DNA of 60,761 nucleotides from Gammaproteobacteria bacterium (GTDB lineage: Bacteria; Pseudomonadota; Gammaproteobacteria; JACCYU01). The position numbers were made by a program, and so were the translations under genes. The stretch is from NCBI GenBank assembly GCA_013696315.1, contig JACCYU010000092.1:1-60761 (forward strand), read 5' to 3'. This document shows, one piece after another, positions 28,992 through 38,635 of the stretch; position 1 is the stretch's first letter, and every line of letters starts with the position of its first letter. The notes below the pieces were generated by a model. The model saw only the letters and a program-made list of their open reading frames with translations, made no database searches and was not told the origin of the DNA.

Positions 28992-30125
28992 ATGCACCCA
29001 GAATTTCCGTTAGCCGAGGACATCGTGCATTTGAATCACGCCGGCGTGGGGCCGTGGCCGCGGCGCACCATCGATGCCATTGCCCGCTTTGCGGATGAGA
29101 ACATGCGGCTTGGCAGCAGGCATTACCTTCGCTGGCTGGAAGTCGAGCGCGAGTTGCGCGAGATTTTGCGCTGGCTGATCAACGCCCCATCGGCGGACGA
29201 GATCGCACTCCTTAAAAACACGTCGGAAGCGCTGTCGATGGTCGCGTACGGCATTGACTGGCGGTCTGGAGATAATGTGGTTGCCAGCCGTCAGGAGTTC
29301 CCTTCGAATCGTATCGTCTGGGAGTCGCTGGAGCCACACTTCGGGGTCGAAGTACGGCTGGCGGATCTTGACCAGGGCGTGACACCCGAAGACGCGCTGT
29401 TGGCGCACGTCGATAAACATACCCGCCTGTTAGCGGTGAGTTCCGTGCAATACGCCAGCGGCTTGCGCATGGATCTGGACAGGCTCGGCGAGGCGTGCCG
29501 CGCACGCAACGTGCTCTTTTGCGTGGATGCGATTCAGACCCTGGGCGCGCTGCCGTTCGACGTTCAGACCTGCGGCGTGGATTTCGTCATGGCCGACGGG
29601 CACAAGTGGATGCTGGCGCCGGAGGGCGTGGCGCTGTTTTACTGTAAGCCGGAATGTCGCGAACAACTGCGTTTGAGCCAGTTCGGCTGGCATATGGTCG
29701 AAGATCATAACGATTACGACCGCATGGACTGGCAGCCCGCGGCCAGCGCGCGCCGCTTCGAGGCCGGCAGCGCGAACAATATGGGTATACATGCACTACA
29801 CGCCAGTTTGAGCCTGCTGCGGGAAGAGGGCTTGTCGTCGATTCACGAAATCATTTCAAGAAACACCTTGTATCTCTACGATTCATTACAGGACGCAGGG
29901 TTTGAAGTGATCACGCCCCGAGCGTCGGAACGACGCGCAGGAATCATTACCTTCCGGCACCCCCACAAGGACAATCGCGCGATCTATGAGTATCTGCAGT
30001 CCGCAGGCATATTGTGCGCGCGGCGCGCGGGCGGGATTCGATTCTCACCGCATTTCTATACCCCGCCCGAATTTCTGGATCGCGCGCTCAATACGTTGCG
30101 GCAGGTGGTCCATGCGTGCGGGTAG
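28992..30125 (+). CDS. class V PLP-dependent aminotransferase / cysteine-desulfurase-like enzyme
   Basis: 377 aa: HLNHAGVGPWP near the N-terminus and the DFVMADGHKWMLAPEG Lys-PLP region. Confidence 0.75.
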   Translation: MHPEFPLAEDIVHLNHAGVGPWPRRTIDAIARFADENMRLGSRHYLRWLEVERELREILRWLINAPSADEIALLKNTSEALSMVAYGIDWRSGDNVVASRQEFPSNRIVWESLEPHFGVEVRLADLDQGVTPEDALLAHVDKHTRLLAVSSVQYASGLRMDLDRLGEACRARNVLFCVDAIQTLGALPFDVQTCGVDFVMADGHKWMLAPEGVALFYCKPECREQLRLSQFGWHMVEDHNDYDRMDWQPAASARRFEAGSANNMGIHALHASLSLLREEGLSSIHEIISRNTLYLYDSLQDAGFEVITPRASERRAGIITFRHPHKDNRAIYEYLQSAGILCARRAGGIRFSPHFYTPPEFLDRALNTLRQVVHACG

Positions 30126-30228
30126 AGAAACTGCGGCCCCAAGATTGCTTGTGAATTGTGTGACGTGACGGGCAAAGCGCCTAAAAGCGCGGGCGCTACA
30201 ATGCCCGTATTGGCTTACGGAGAAGCGG

Positions 30229-31134
30229 GTGCTGAAACGACTTCAAACGCGGATGTGGAATATGGTCACCGACTGGCTCAACGCCGAGTCGGGCGAAGGA
30301 GAGCCGCACCTGTCGAATTACGAGCGCATGCGCGTGGAAATCAGGCCCGCCGACGTGGTGCTGGTCGAGGGCCGCACTCGCATTAGCAACAGCATCAAGA
30401 ATATTACGCTCAGCTCGTGGACGCACGCCGCGCTCTACATCGGACGACTACGCGATATAGAGGATTACGACCTGCGGGAATATCTCGCCTACCACTACGC
30501 CGGCGATGCCGCGGAGCCACTGGTCATCGAAGCCCTGCTGGGCGAAGGCACGGTCGTCACGCCACTGCGCTATTATCAAAATTATCATTTGCGTATCTGC
30601 CGGCCCAAGGGCTTGTCGCGTACCGACGCCGAGCTGGTGATTCGTCATTGCATTGGTTGCATCAGTCTGGACTACGACGTGCGCCAGTTGCTGGATCTGG
30701 CGCGTTTCCTGTTCCCGTATGGCCTGTTGCCGCGTCGCTGGCGTTCGAGTCTGTTCGCGCACAACACGGGGCTGCCCACCCGCACTGTGTGTTCGACCAT
30801 GATCGGGGAAGCGTTTCAGTCAGTCAGATTTCCGATCCTGCCGCTCGCGCGTGAGCCGGTCGGCAAACACGGCAGCTTGCGGGACCGTAATGCCAAACTG
30901 TTCACTCCCCGGGATTTCGATTACTCTCCCTATTTCGAGATTATCAAATATCCGATGTACGACTTCGACGAACTGGCGGTATATCGCCAGCTTCCCTGGG
31001 CGCTGGAAGAATTGATCGAGCGAAGTCCGGACGAATTGAGCGGAACAGTAGATCCGTCTACCGGAGCGCCGGCCGATCGCGACCGCGCCGGCGGGCTAAT
31101 GGCCAAAACCGTGGCAAGCGGCATCACAGGATGA
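30229..31134 (+). CDS. putative permuted papain-like (YiiX/NlpC-P60 superfamily) protein
   Basis: 301 aa. His precedes Cys (SSWTHAALYIG ... RTVCSTMIGEAF), as in permuted papain-fold YiiX-like enzymes. Weak assignment made by eye only. Confidence 0.4.
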   Translation: MLKRLQTRMWNMVTDWLNAESGEGEPHLSNYERMRVEIRPADVVLVEGRTRISNSIKNITLSSWTHAALYIGRLRDIEDYDLREYLAYHYAGDAAEPLVIEALLGEGTVVTPLRYYQNYHLRICRPKGLSRTDAELVIRHCIGCISLDYDVRQLLDLARFLFPYGLLPRRWRSSLFAHNTGLPTRTVCSTMIGEAFQSVRFPILPLAREPVGKHGSLRDRNAKLFTPRDFDYSPYFEIIKYPMYDFDELAVYRQLPWALEELIERSPDELSGTVDPSTGAPADRDRAGGLMAKTVASGITG

Positions 31135-31223
31135 GTTTGATTGTAAAGCTGTTACTCGCCATCGAATTGGCTTGTTCCGGCTCAATCGCACATGCAACAT
31201 TGTCCTTGAATGCCGGCTGAATC

Positions 31224-32540
31224 TTGGCATCAACCGCCCATTCCCAATTCGAGCGCCCGGTCTTTATCATTGACGGAAGCCGCTCGCCATTTCTCAAGTT
31301 CCGCAATCGGCCCGGACCGTTCAAGGCCGCTGAACTCGCCGTGCAGACCGCACGCCCGTTGCTGCTCCGTCAACCGTTCGAGGCCGACGCACTCGATGAA
31401 GTGATACTGGGTTGCGCCGCACCCGGCGCGGAAGAAATGAACATCGCTCGCGTGGCCGCATTGCGGGCAGGATGCGGAAATGCAGTGCCCGCCTGGACCG
31501 TGCAGCGCAATTGCGGTTCCGGTCTGCAGGCCTTCGATTCGGCGTTCCGTAATATCGCGAGCGGTCGGGCTGACCTGATTCTGGCCGGTGGCGTGGAGGC
31601 CATGAGTCATGCGCCATTGCTGCTGCAGGATAAACTGGTCGAATGGCTGGCCGCATGGCGTGCGGCAGGTACGCGACAGCGTCTGAAATTGATTTCGACC
31701 TTGCGTCCGTCAAACCTGGCGCCGGTTTCGGGGCTGCTCAAGGGCCTGTCTGATCCGGGCACAGGTTTATCGATGGGTCAGACGGCCGAAAATCTGGCGT
31801 ATCGATTTGGGATCAGCCGCGAAGAGATGGACCATTACGCCTGCGAGAGTCATCGGCGGCTGTACCGAGCGCAGGAGACGCCAGGCGTGCTCCGAGAAAT
31901 CGAGGTGATCTACGATCGCAAAGGCAACGCCTGTGAGCGCGATGACGGTGTGCGCCCGGATACGACGATCGACAAACTGGCGGCGCTCAAGCCTGCGTTC
32001 GACAAGCCGTTCGGAAAAGTCACGGTCGGCAACAGCGCGCAGCTTTCCGATGGCGCGGCGTGGCTCATCCTGGCCAGCGAGGCGGCAGTGAATCGCCATG
32101 GATTGAACCCGCCAGCCCGCGTCGTGGATTGTGAATGGGCGGGGCTGGACCCGGCGCAGATGGGACTGGGGCCCGTGCATGCGATGGCGCCGGTACTGGC
32201 ACGCAACGCACTGGAGACGACGCATATCGACTACTGGGAAATCAACGAGGCGTTCGCCGCGCAGGTGCTCGCCTGCCTGGCGGCAGCGGCCGACCTCGCA
32301 TACAGCCAGCAGGAACTCGGTCTGGATCGCGCGCTCGGCGAGATTCCCCATGAACGCCTGAATGTCGACGGCGGCGCCATCGGTCTGGGCCATCCGGTGG
32401 GCGCGAGCGGCGCGCGACTGGTGCTGCACCTCATGCACGTTCTGCAGCGTGAAAAGGCGTCGCGGGGCGTCGCGGCACTTTGTATCGGCGGCGGCCAGGG
32501 CGGCGCGATGCTGATCGAAAATTTGCACGTCCGGCCATGA
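31224..32540 (+). CDS. acetyl-CoA C-acyltransferase (thiolase)
   Basis: 438 aa with the active-site Cys region [12 protein letters not shown] and C-terminal [20 protein letters not shown]...[12 protein letters not shown]. Confidence 0.9.
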   Translation: MASTAHSQFERPVFIIDGSRSPFLKFRNRPGPFKAAELAVQTARPLLLRQPFEADALDEVILGCAAPGAEEMNIARVAALRAGCGNAVPAWTVQRNCGSGLQAFDSAFRNIASGRADLILAGGVEAMSHAPLLLQDKLVEWLAAWRAAGTRQRLKLISTLRPSNLAPVSGLLKGLSDPGTGLSMGQTAENLAYRFGISREEMDHYACESHRRLYRAQETPGVLREIEVIYDRKGNACERDDGVRPDTTIDKLAALKPAFDKPFGKVTVGNSAQLSDGAAWLILASEAAVNRHGLNPPARVVDCEWAGLDPAQMGLGPVHAMAPVLARNALETTHIDYWEINEAFAAQVLACLAAAADLAYSQQELGLDRALGEIPHERLNVDGGAIGLGHPVGASGARLVLHLMHVLQREKASRGVAALCIGGGQGGAMLIENLHVRP

Positions 32541-34546
32541 CTGAGAATTGGCGTCGGGAAACGGACGCCACCGGCATCGTGTGGCTTTGTCTGGATGTCC
32601 CCATTGCTGCCGCCAACGTACTGAACGCCGCGGTCTTCGACGAGCTGGATCAAATCCTGACAGCGTTGTCGGCAGCGGCGCCGCGCGGCGTGGCGTTCTG
32701 TTCAGGCAAGCCCGGCGGATTCATTGCCGGCGCCGACGTCAAGGCATTCCAAACCATCCGCGGGCCTGACGACGCTTATGCCATCGTGCGCCGCGGTCAG
32801 GGCATCATGAACCGCATCGAGGCGCTGCCCTGCCCCACCGTCGCCGTCATCAACGGTTTCTGTCTTGGTGGCGGGCTGGAACTCGCGCTCGCCTGCGATT
32901 ATCGGGTCGCGCTGGATGATCCTTCCGCCCGCCTGGGGCTGCCCGAAATCAAGCTTGGCATCCATCCGGGCTTTGGCGGCACCTTGCGGTCGATCCGTCT
33001 GCTGGGAGCGGTGGCCGCGCTGGACATGATGCTCACTGGCAAGGCCCTGGACGCGCAATACGCGTGCAGGATCGGCCTGGTAGATCTCGCAGTCCCGTCG
33101 CGATATCTACATCACGCCGCGCGCCAGCTGCTGACGACGAGGCCGGCACGGCGCCGACCGCACCGCCTCGCGCGGCTCGCCAATATCAAGCCGGCGCGCT
33201 TCGTACTTGGAACCTATCTGCGCAGACGCATCGCAGCCAAAGCCCGGCAGGATCATTATCCGGCGCCCTACGCGCTGCTCGATCTGTGGCAAAAGCATGG
33301 CGGTAATATGGACACCTGGCTTACGCGTGAAGCCGAATCGGTCGCCGGGCTGAGTACCACGGCGACCGCGCGCAATCTGTTGCGAGTGTTCGGGCTGCAA
33401 AACCGCCTGAAATCGCAGGGTGACAAGTCGGCGTTCCGCCCGCGCCACGTGCACGTGATCGGCGGCGGAACCATGGGCGCAGACATCGCCGCATGGATCG
33501 CGGCGCACGACTTTGTCGTCACAGTGCAGGACACCAGCACCGGGCGCCTGGCCGCGATGATGGAACGCGCCTGCGAACTGCTAGCGAAACAGTTTCACTC
33601 ACAGCGGCAGCTTTCCGCCGTGCTCGATCGACTGATACCGGACGACAAAGGCGTGGGGTTGGTGCGCGCCGACATCGTTATCGAAGCGATCATCGAGGAT
33701 CAGGCGGCCAAGCAAGCGCTTTACCGCGAGATCGAACCGCGGATGAAAGCCGATGCCCTGCTTGCCACCAACACCTCCAGCCTGAGCATCGAGTCCCTGG
33801 CGCAGGCGCTAGTTAACCCCGGCCGGCTGATTGGCCTGCATTTCTTCAGCCCGGTCGTCCGCATGCCGCTGGTCGAGCTCGTTCTGGGCCCGGCGACTTT
33901 TCCGGCTACGCAAGCAAAAGCAGCCGCTTTCGCGCGGCATATCGATAAACTGCCGTTACCGACCAGCAATCGCCCCGGTTTTCTGGTCAATCGTGTGTTA
34001 ACGCCTTACCTGCTGGAGGCTATGCTCATGCTCGATGAAGGCATACCCGCGGCGGTGATCGATAAGTCGGCAGTACAATTCGGCATGCCGATGGGACCCG
34101 TGGAACTCGCGGACAGCGTCGGTCTGGATGTCGTGCTCGCTGCGGCCGAGCGAATGGCGCGCGAATTCAATTTCGACGTGCCGGCAACATTGCGGGAGAA
34201 AGTAACGGCGGCGCAATTGGGCCGCAAGACCGGACGGGGTTTTTATGCCTACAAGGCAGGCAAGCCTCTGCGCACGCGCCGCGCGCGCTACTCAGGCGAA
34301 CGCCAGCGCCTCGAAAACCGCTTGATCCTGCGGCTTATCAATGAGACGGTAGCGTGCCTGCGCGAAGGGGTCGTCGAAGACACCGACCTGCTCGACGCCG
34401 GCATCGTGTTCGGTACAGGTTTCGCTCCGTTTCGTGGTGGACCGCTGCACTACCGCGATGCCTATGGCCGTGACGCCATGCGGGATGAACTACGGGCGCT
34501 GGAGGATTCCTACGGCCAGCGATTCGCCGCCGATCCGCGCTGGTGA
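32537..34546 (+). CDS. fused enoyl-CoA hydratase / 3-hydroxyacyl-CoA dehydrogenase (FadB/FadJ-like)
   Basis: ATG 32537 overlaps the thiolase stop (ATGA). Crotonase motif [18 protein letters not shown], followed by the NAD-binding stretch [16 protein letters not shown]. Confidence 0.9.
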   Translation: MTENWRRETDATGIVWLCLDVPIAAANVLNAAVFDELDQILTALSAAAPRGVAFCSGKPGGFIAGADVKAFQTIRGPDDAYAIVRRGQGIMNRIEALPCPTVAVINGFCLGGGLELALACDYRVALDDPSARLGLPEIKLGIHPGFGGTLRSIRLLGAVAALDMMLTGKALDAQYACRIGLVDLAVPSRYLHHAARQLLTTRPARRRPHRLARLANIKPARFVLGTYLRRRIAAKARQDHYPAPYALLDLWQKHGGNMDTWLTREAESVAGLSTTATARNLLRVFGLQNRLKSQGDKSAFRPRHVHVIGGGTMGADIAAWIAAHDFVVTVQDTSTGRLAAMMERACELLAKQFHSQRQLSAVLDRLIPDDKGVGLVRADIVIEAIIEDQAAKQALYREIEPRMKADALLATNTSSLSIESLAQALVNPGRLIGLHFFSPVVRMPLVELVLGPATFPATQAKAAAFARHIDKLPLPTSNRPGFLVNRVLTPYLLEAMLMLDEGIPAAVIDKSAVQFGMPMGPVELADSVGLDVVLAAAERMAREFNFDVPATLREKVTAAQLGRKTGRGFYAYKAGKPLRTRRARYSGERQRLENRLILRLINETVACLREGVVEDTDLLDAGIVFGTGFAPFRGGPLHYRDAYGRDAMRDELRALEDSYGQRFAADPRW

Positions 34547-34626
34547 CGCGCGCGCCCCGTGAATATGCGCAACACCAGCGAAAACGACGCGGCCGCAATC
34601 TGGATTCCTGTCGCGTGACCACGAGT

Positions 34627-35523
34627 ATGCCATTGGATAGACGACCGAATTTTCTTTGTATTGGGGCGCAGCGGGCCGGGTCAACGTGGTTATACGAGAA
34701 TCTGAAGGCGCACGCGGGCATCTGGCTGCCGCCGATCAAAGAGCTACATTACTTCGACGAGCTGCGTGTGCAGCCCTTCTGGTGCAAGCGCTACAAGAGC
34801 CACCTCGGAGGACGCATTCGTCACGCAAGGACCTCGTTGCGCCACGGCGACTGGTCGATGGCCGGTTTTATGTGGGACGCGAAGTTCTTAGGCTTGCCCA
34901 GGTCGGACCGCTGGTATGCTTCCCTGTTCTCCCGGTCGGGCAAGCTTGCGGCGGGCGAAATCACGCCCGCTTATTCTACGCTCTCCGCGGATGCGGTCGC
35001 GGCGATAAAGCGCATCAACCCCGACATGAGGATAATTTTTCTGCTGCGCGATCCTATCGATCGCTCGTGGTCGCAGGCGCGCAAAGACCTTCCCCGCGTG
35101 CACGGCAAAAGGTTGGACGAGATACCGACGCGGGATGTGGTCGGGTGGTTTAACTCCCGCTGGTGCATGACGCGTTCTGATTATCTCGCTACCTTAAACA
35201 ACTGGTTAGCGCATTTTCCGCGCGATCAGTTTTTTGTTGGCTTTCACGAGGAGATCATCGCGCACCCCAGAGATTTATTGTTGCGGCTCTTTGAATTTCT
35301 TGGCGTGGAGAAGTCGGAAAGACACTTTTCACCCAACCTGATGCACGCGATTAACCCGGCAACAGAAGTGGGCCTGGCGCCAGTCTACGAGTACGAGCTC
35401 GCGCGATTACATGAGCCTGGGCTGGCTGGACTCAAGGAGATGTTTTCGCCGTATCCAGCGCGGTGGCACCAGCGATGTGTCCGCGTGCTTGAGCGGTACG
35501 AGCGCGGCGAATCTCACGCCTAG
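34627..35523 (+). CDS. sulfotransferase-family protein
   Basis: From ATG 34627: PNFLCIGAQRAGSTWLYENL (5'-PSB loop) and IIFLLRDPIDRSWS (3'-PB motif). Confidence 0.7.
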   Translation: MPLDRRPNFLCIGAQRAGSTWLYENLKAHAGIWLPPIKELHYFDELRVQPFWCKRYKSHLGGRIRHARTSLRHGDWSMAGFMWDAKFLGLPRSDRWYASLFSRSGKLAAGEITPAYSTLSADAVAAIKRINPDMRIIFLLRDPIDRSWSQARKDLPRVHGKRLDEIPTRDVVGWFNSRWCMTRSDYLATLNNWLAHFPRDQFFVGFHEEIIAHPRDLLLRLFEFLGVEKSERHFSPNLMHAINPATEVGLAPVYEYELARLHEPGLAGLKEMFSPYPARWHQRCVRVLERYERGESHA

Positions 35524-35618
35524 CGAAGTTCCGGCGCGTGAGGAAATGGTGAATGCAGCGCGCCGCAGCACTTGCGATTAACGCCACCGCGATTGCTGCG
35601 GCAGACGCCGACGCTCGG

Positions 35619-37043
35619 TCAGAAGTGGATTGCGCGGTCGTCGACCGCCAGGGCGGCTTCATGCACGGCTTCTGACAAGGTCGGATGGGCGTGCACCGTG
35701 CGCGCCAGGTCTTCGGCGCTGGCGCCGAATTCCATCGCGGTGACGACTTCGGCGATCAGCTCGGACGCTTGCGGGCCCAGGATATGCGCGCCCAGGATAC
35801 GATCGGTATTCGCGTCAGCAAGGACTTTGACCTTGCCACCGGTCTCGCCGACACCGCGTGCGCGACCGTTTGCGATGAATGGGAAAGCGCCGGTACGATA
35901 TTCAATGCCCTCCTGCGTGAGCTGTTGCTCGCTTTTCCCTACCCACGCGATCTCGGGCCATGTGTAGATGACCCACGGAATTGTCGCGTAATTCACGTGC
36001 CCCGCCTGACCGGCGATGCGCTCGGCTACTGCCACCCCTTCTTCCGAGCCCTTGTGCGCCAGCATGGGGCCGCGCACGACGTCCCCGACCGCGTACACAT
36101 TTTCCAGGTTGGTGCGGCAGTTCCCATCGACCTCTATGTATCCGCGGGCATCGAGCTTGAGCCCCGCCGCCTGCGCATTGAGCCCCTCGGTGTTGGGTTT
36201 GCGGCCGATCGCCACGATGAGCTTGTCCACTTCCAGCGTATCGTTTGCGTCACCGACCTTGAAGCCGACCGAAACCGAATCGGCGACCTGCGCAGCCGTG
36301 ACCTTCGCGCCCATACGGAGATCCAGCCCCTGCCGTTTCAGTAGCTTGAATGCTTCATCCGCGATTTCGCGATCGACCGCCGGAAGAAAGGTATCCAGCG
36401 CCTCCAGAACGACTACTCTTGACCCCAGTCGGTTCCACACGCTACCAAGCTCCAGGCCGATCACACCCGCGCCAATGACGCCCAGCCGCGCGGGTACTTG
36501 CTCGAACGAGAGCGCGCCGCTGGAATCGACCACTTGTTGCTGATCGATGGCGGCGGCCGCAAGCGTGGCAGGCACCGAGCCGGTCGCGATGATCACCGAG
36601 TCCGCTTCGAGCTGCAAATCATCGTCACCATCGCTCATCGGGCTAACCGTAACCTGCCGATCGCCGCTTAAAACACCACGACCGGTGAAACGCTTCACGC
36701 GGTTCTTCTTGAAGAGACTGTCGATGCCGCCGGTCAGCCCCCGCACGATCTTTTGCTTGCGCTTTTGCATGGCCGCGACATCGATGCGGACATCGTTCGC
36801 GATTATCCCGTGTTCCTGCGCCTGGTGCGTGAGGAGATGAAAGTAATGACTGGAGTCGAGTAATGCCTTGGAGGGAATACAGCCGACGTTAAGGCAGGTG
36901 CCGCCTAACGACGCGCGGCCCTCCGGTTCGCGCCACTGGTCCACGCATGCGGTATTGAGGCCGAGCTGGGCGCAGCGGATAGCCGCGACATACCCGGCCG
37001 GTCCCGCGCCGATTACGACCACGTCGTAACGATTATGTGCCAT
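35619..37043 (-). CDS. lpdA: dihydrolipoyl dehydrogenase (E3)
   Basis: 474 aa: [16 protein letters not shown], the redox disulfide [13 protein letters not shown], and C-terminal HAHPTLSE. Confidence 0.95.
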   Translation of the reverse strand: MAHNRYDVVVIGAGPAGYVAAIRCAQLGLNTACVDQWREPEGRASLGGTCLNVGCIPSKALLDSSHYFHLLTHQAQEHGIIANDVRIDVAAMQKRKQKIVRGLTGGIDSLFKKNRVKRFTGRGVLSGDRQVTVSPMSDGDDDLQLEADSVIIATGSVPATLAAAAIDQQQVVDSSGALSFEQVPARLGVIGAGVIGLELGSVWNRLGSRVVVLEALDTFLPAVDREIADEAFKLLKRQGLDLRMGAKVTAAQVADSVSVGFKVGDANDTLEVDKLIVAIGRKPNTEGLNAQAAGLKLDARGYIEVDGNCRTNLENVYAVGDVVRGPMLAHKGSEEGVAVAERIAGQAGHVNYATIPWVIYTWPEIAWVGKSEQQLTQEGIEYRTGAFPFIANGRARGVGETGGKVKVLADANTDRILGAHILGPQASELIAEVVTAMEFGASAEDLARTVHAHPTLSEAVHEAALAVDDRAIHF

Positions 37044-37107
37044 TGACGATGAAAGGCGGTTGTAAGGTTAGCGCTAGAGACGATGCTCAGTACGCGAGAC
37101 TCAAGGA

Positions 37108-38454
37108 CTATATCTGTAGCAGCAGACGGCTCGGGTCTTCCAGCTGCTCCTTGATCGTGACCAGGAACTGCACGGCCTCACGGCCATCGATGATACGGTG
37201 ATCGTAAGAAAGCGCGAGATACATCATCGGCCTGATGACAATTTCTCCATCCATCGCGATGGGTCGCTCCTCGATCTTGTGCATGCCGAGAATCGCGCTC
37301 TGCGGCGGGTTGAGGATCGGGGTCGAGAGCAATGATCCGAACACGCCACCGTTGGTGATGGTGAAGGTTCCGCCGGTCAACTCCTCAATGGTCAGCGAAT
37401 TGTCTTTCGCCTTGCGAGCGAAGTCCGTCACCGCCTTTTCGATCGCCGCCATGCTGAGTCGATCGGCATCACGCAGAATCGGCACCACCAGCCCGCGCGC
37501 GGAGCCGACGGCAATACCGATATCGAAAAACCCGTGATAGATAAGGTCGTTCTGGTCAATCGAAGCGTTGACGACGGGGAAGCGCCTGAGCGCCTCGATC
37601 GAGGCCAATACGAAAAACGCCGTAAACCCTAAGCGTACGCCATGCGTTTTCTCGAACCTGTCGCGGTAGCGCTCCCTCAGGTTGAGGATCGGCCGCATGT
37701 CAACTTCGTTGAAGGTGGTCAATATGGCGTTGTCGCGCTGGGCCTGGAGCAGACGCTCCGCCACCCTTTTGCGCAGCCGCGTCATCGGCACGCGCTGCTG
37801 CGTGCGTGACGCGGCACCTTGAACGCCTTCCTGCACGTCCGCCGATTGAACTGCGGTACTATCGTCGCTACTCCGCGATTGCACGCGCGCCAGCACATCC
37901 GCCTTCGTGAGCCGCCCGTCCTTGCCGGTGGCCGTTATCTCGTTCGGATGCAGAGCGTTTTCGGTTAACAGCTTGCGCACCGCCGGCCCCAGGCGCGCAG
38001 TGGCATCTTCGTCATCCCCGGGCTGACCGGCATTGGCCGCGCGCTTGGCGCCATTACCTGGCGCGGCGTTCACGGTATCCTTGGGGGTCGCCGCGGCCGA
38101 TGTTGACGCCTCGACGCCCGGTGCGATCGATGCAGCGGCCTGCGTCCGTTGCTTGCTGGATGGCTGCGATTCCGCCGCCGGCGGCCCGTTTTCCGCAGAG
38201 GAATCATTTTCCGCACCCGCTTCGGTGTCGATGATGGCGATCACTTCGTTGCTGGACACATCACCGCCAGTTTTGCGGATTTCCTTCAATATGCCGCTGT
38301 CGGCCGCGGTGATTTCCAGCACCACTTTATCGGTTTCGATATCGATCAGGTTTTCGCCACGCGCCACGCGCTCGCCCTGCTGCTTTTGCCAGTCGAGCAA
38401 GGTGGCTTCCGTGATCGATTCGGCGAGTTGCGGGACTTTAACTTCGACTAACAC
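37108..38454 (-). CDS. sucB: 2-oxoglutarate dehydrogenase E2, dihydrolipoyllysine succinyltransferase
   Basis: 448 aa with the lipoyl domain [10 protein letters not shown], an Ala/Pro linker, and the catalytic [13 protein letters not shown]. Confidence 0.95.
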   Translation of the reverse strand: MLVEVKVPQLAESITEATLLDWQKQQGERVARGENLIDIETDKVVLEITAADSGILKEIRKTGGDVSSNEVIAIIDTEAGAENDSSAENGPPAAESQPSSKQRTQAAASIAPGVEASTSAAATPKDTVNAAPGNGAKRAANAGQPGDDEDATARLGPAVRKLLTENALHPNEITATGKDGRLTKADVLARVQSRSSDDSTAVQSADVQEGVQGAASRTQQRVPMTRLRKRVAERLLQAQRDNAILTTFNEVDMRPILNLRERYRDRFEKTHGVRLGFTAFFVLASIEALRRFPVVNASIDQNDLIYHGFFDIGIAVGSARGLVVPILRDADRLSMAAIEKAVTDFARKAKDNSLTIEELTGGTFTITNGGVFGSLLSTPILNPPQSAILGMHKIEERPIAMDGEIVIRPMMYLALSYDHRIIDGREAVQFLVTIKEQLEDPSRLLLQI

Positions 38455-38635
38455 CGGATAATCTCCGCGCCATACCGACTACGCGCACCACGACATGCGG
38501 CGGAAGTCTGCAAGACAGAACGTGGGCCTAGCGACAAGATAGATTTGAGCCCTGAGAAAAGGACGGACGCTTATAGCGACTTAGCTTGAGACTAGCGCTC
38601 AACCTACCCTCAGTCAACCGGCCGCCAATTGTCAC

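Noticed and set aside
35562-35605. Hairpin ccgcagca...tgctgcgg between the convergent sulfotransferase and lpdA, as a bidirectional terminator.
   Set aside because: The stem is 8 bp with a ~25-nt loop, and there is no flanking T or A tract. This is too weak to call.
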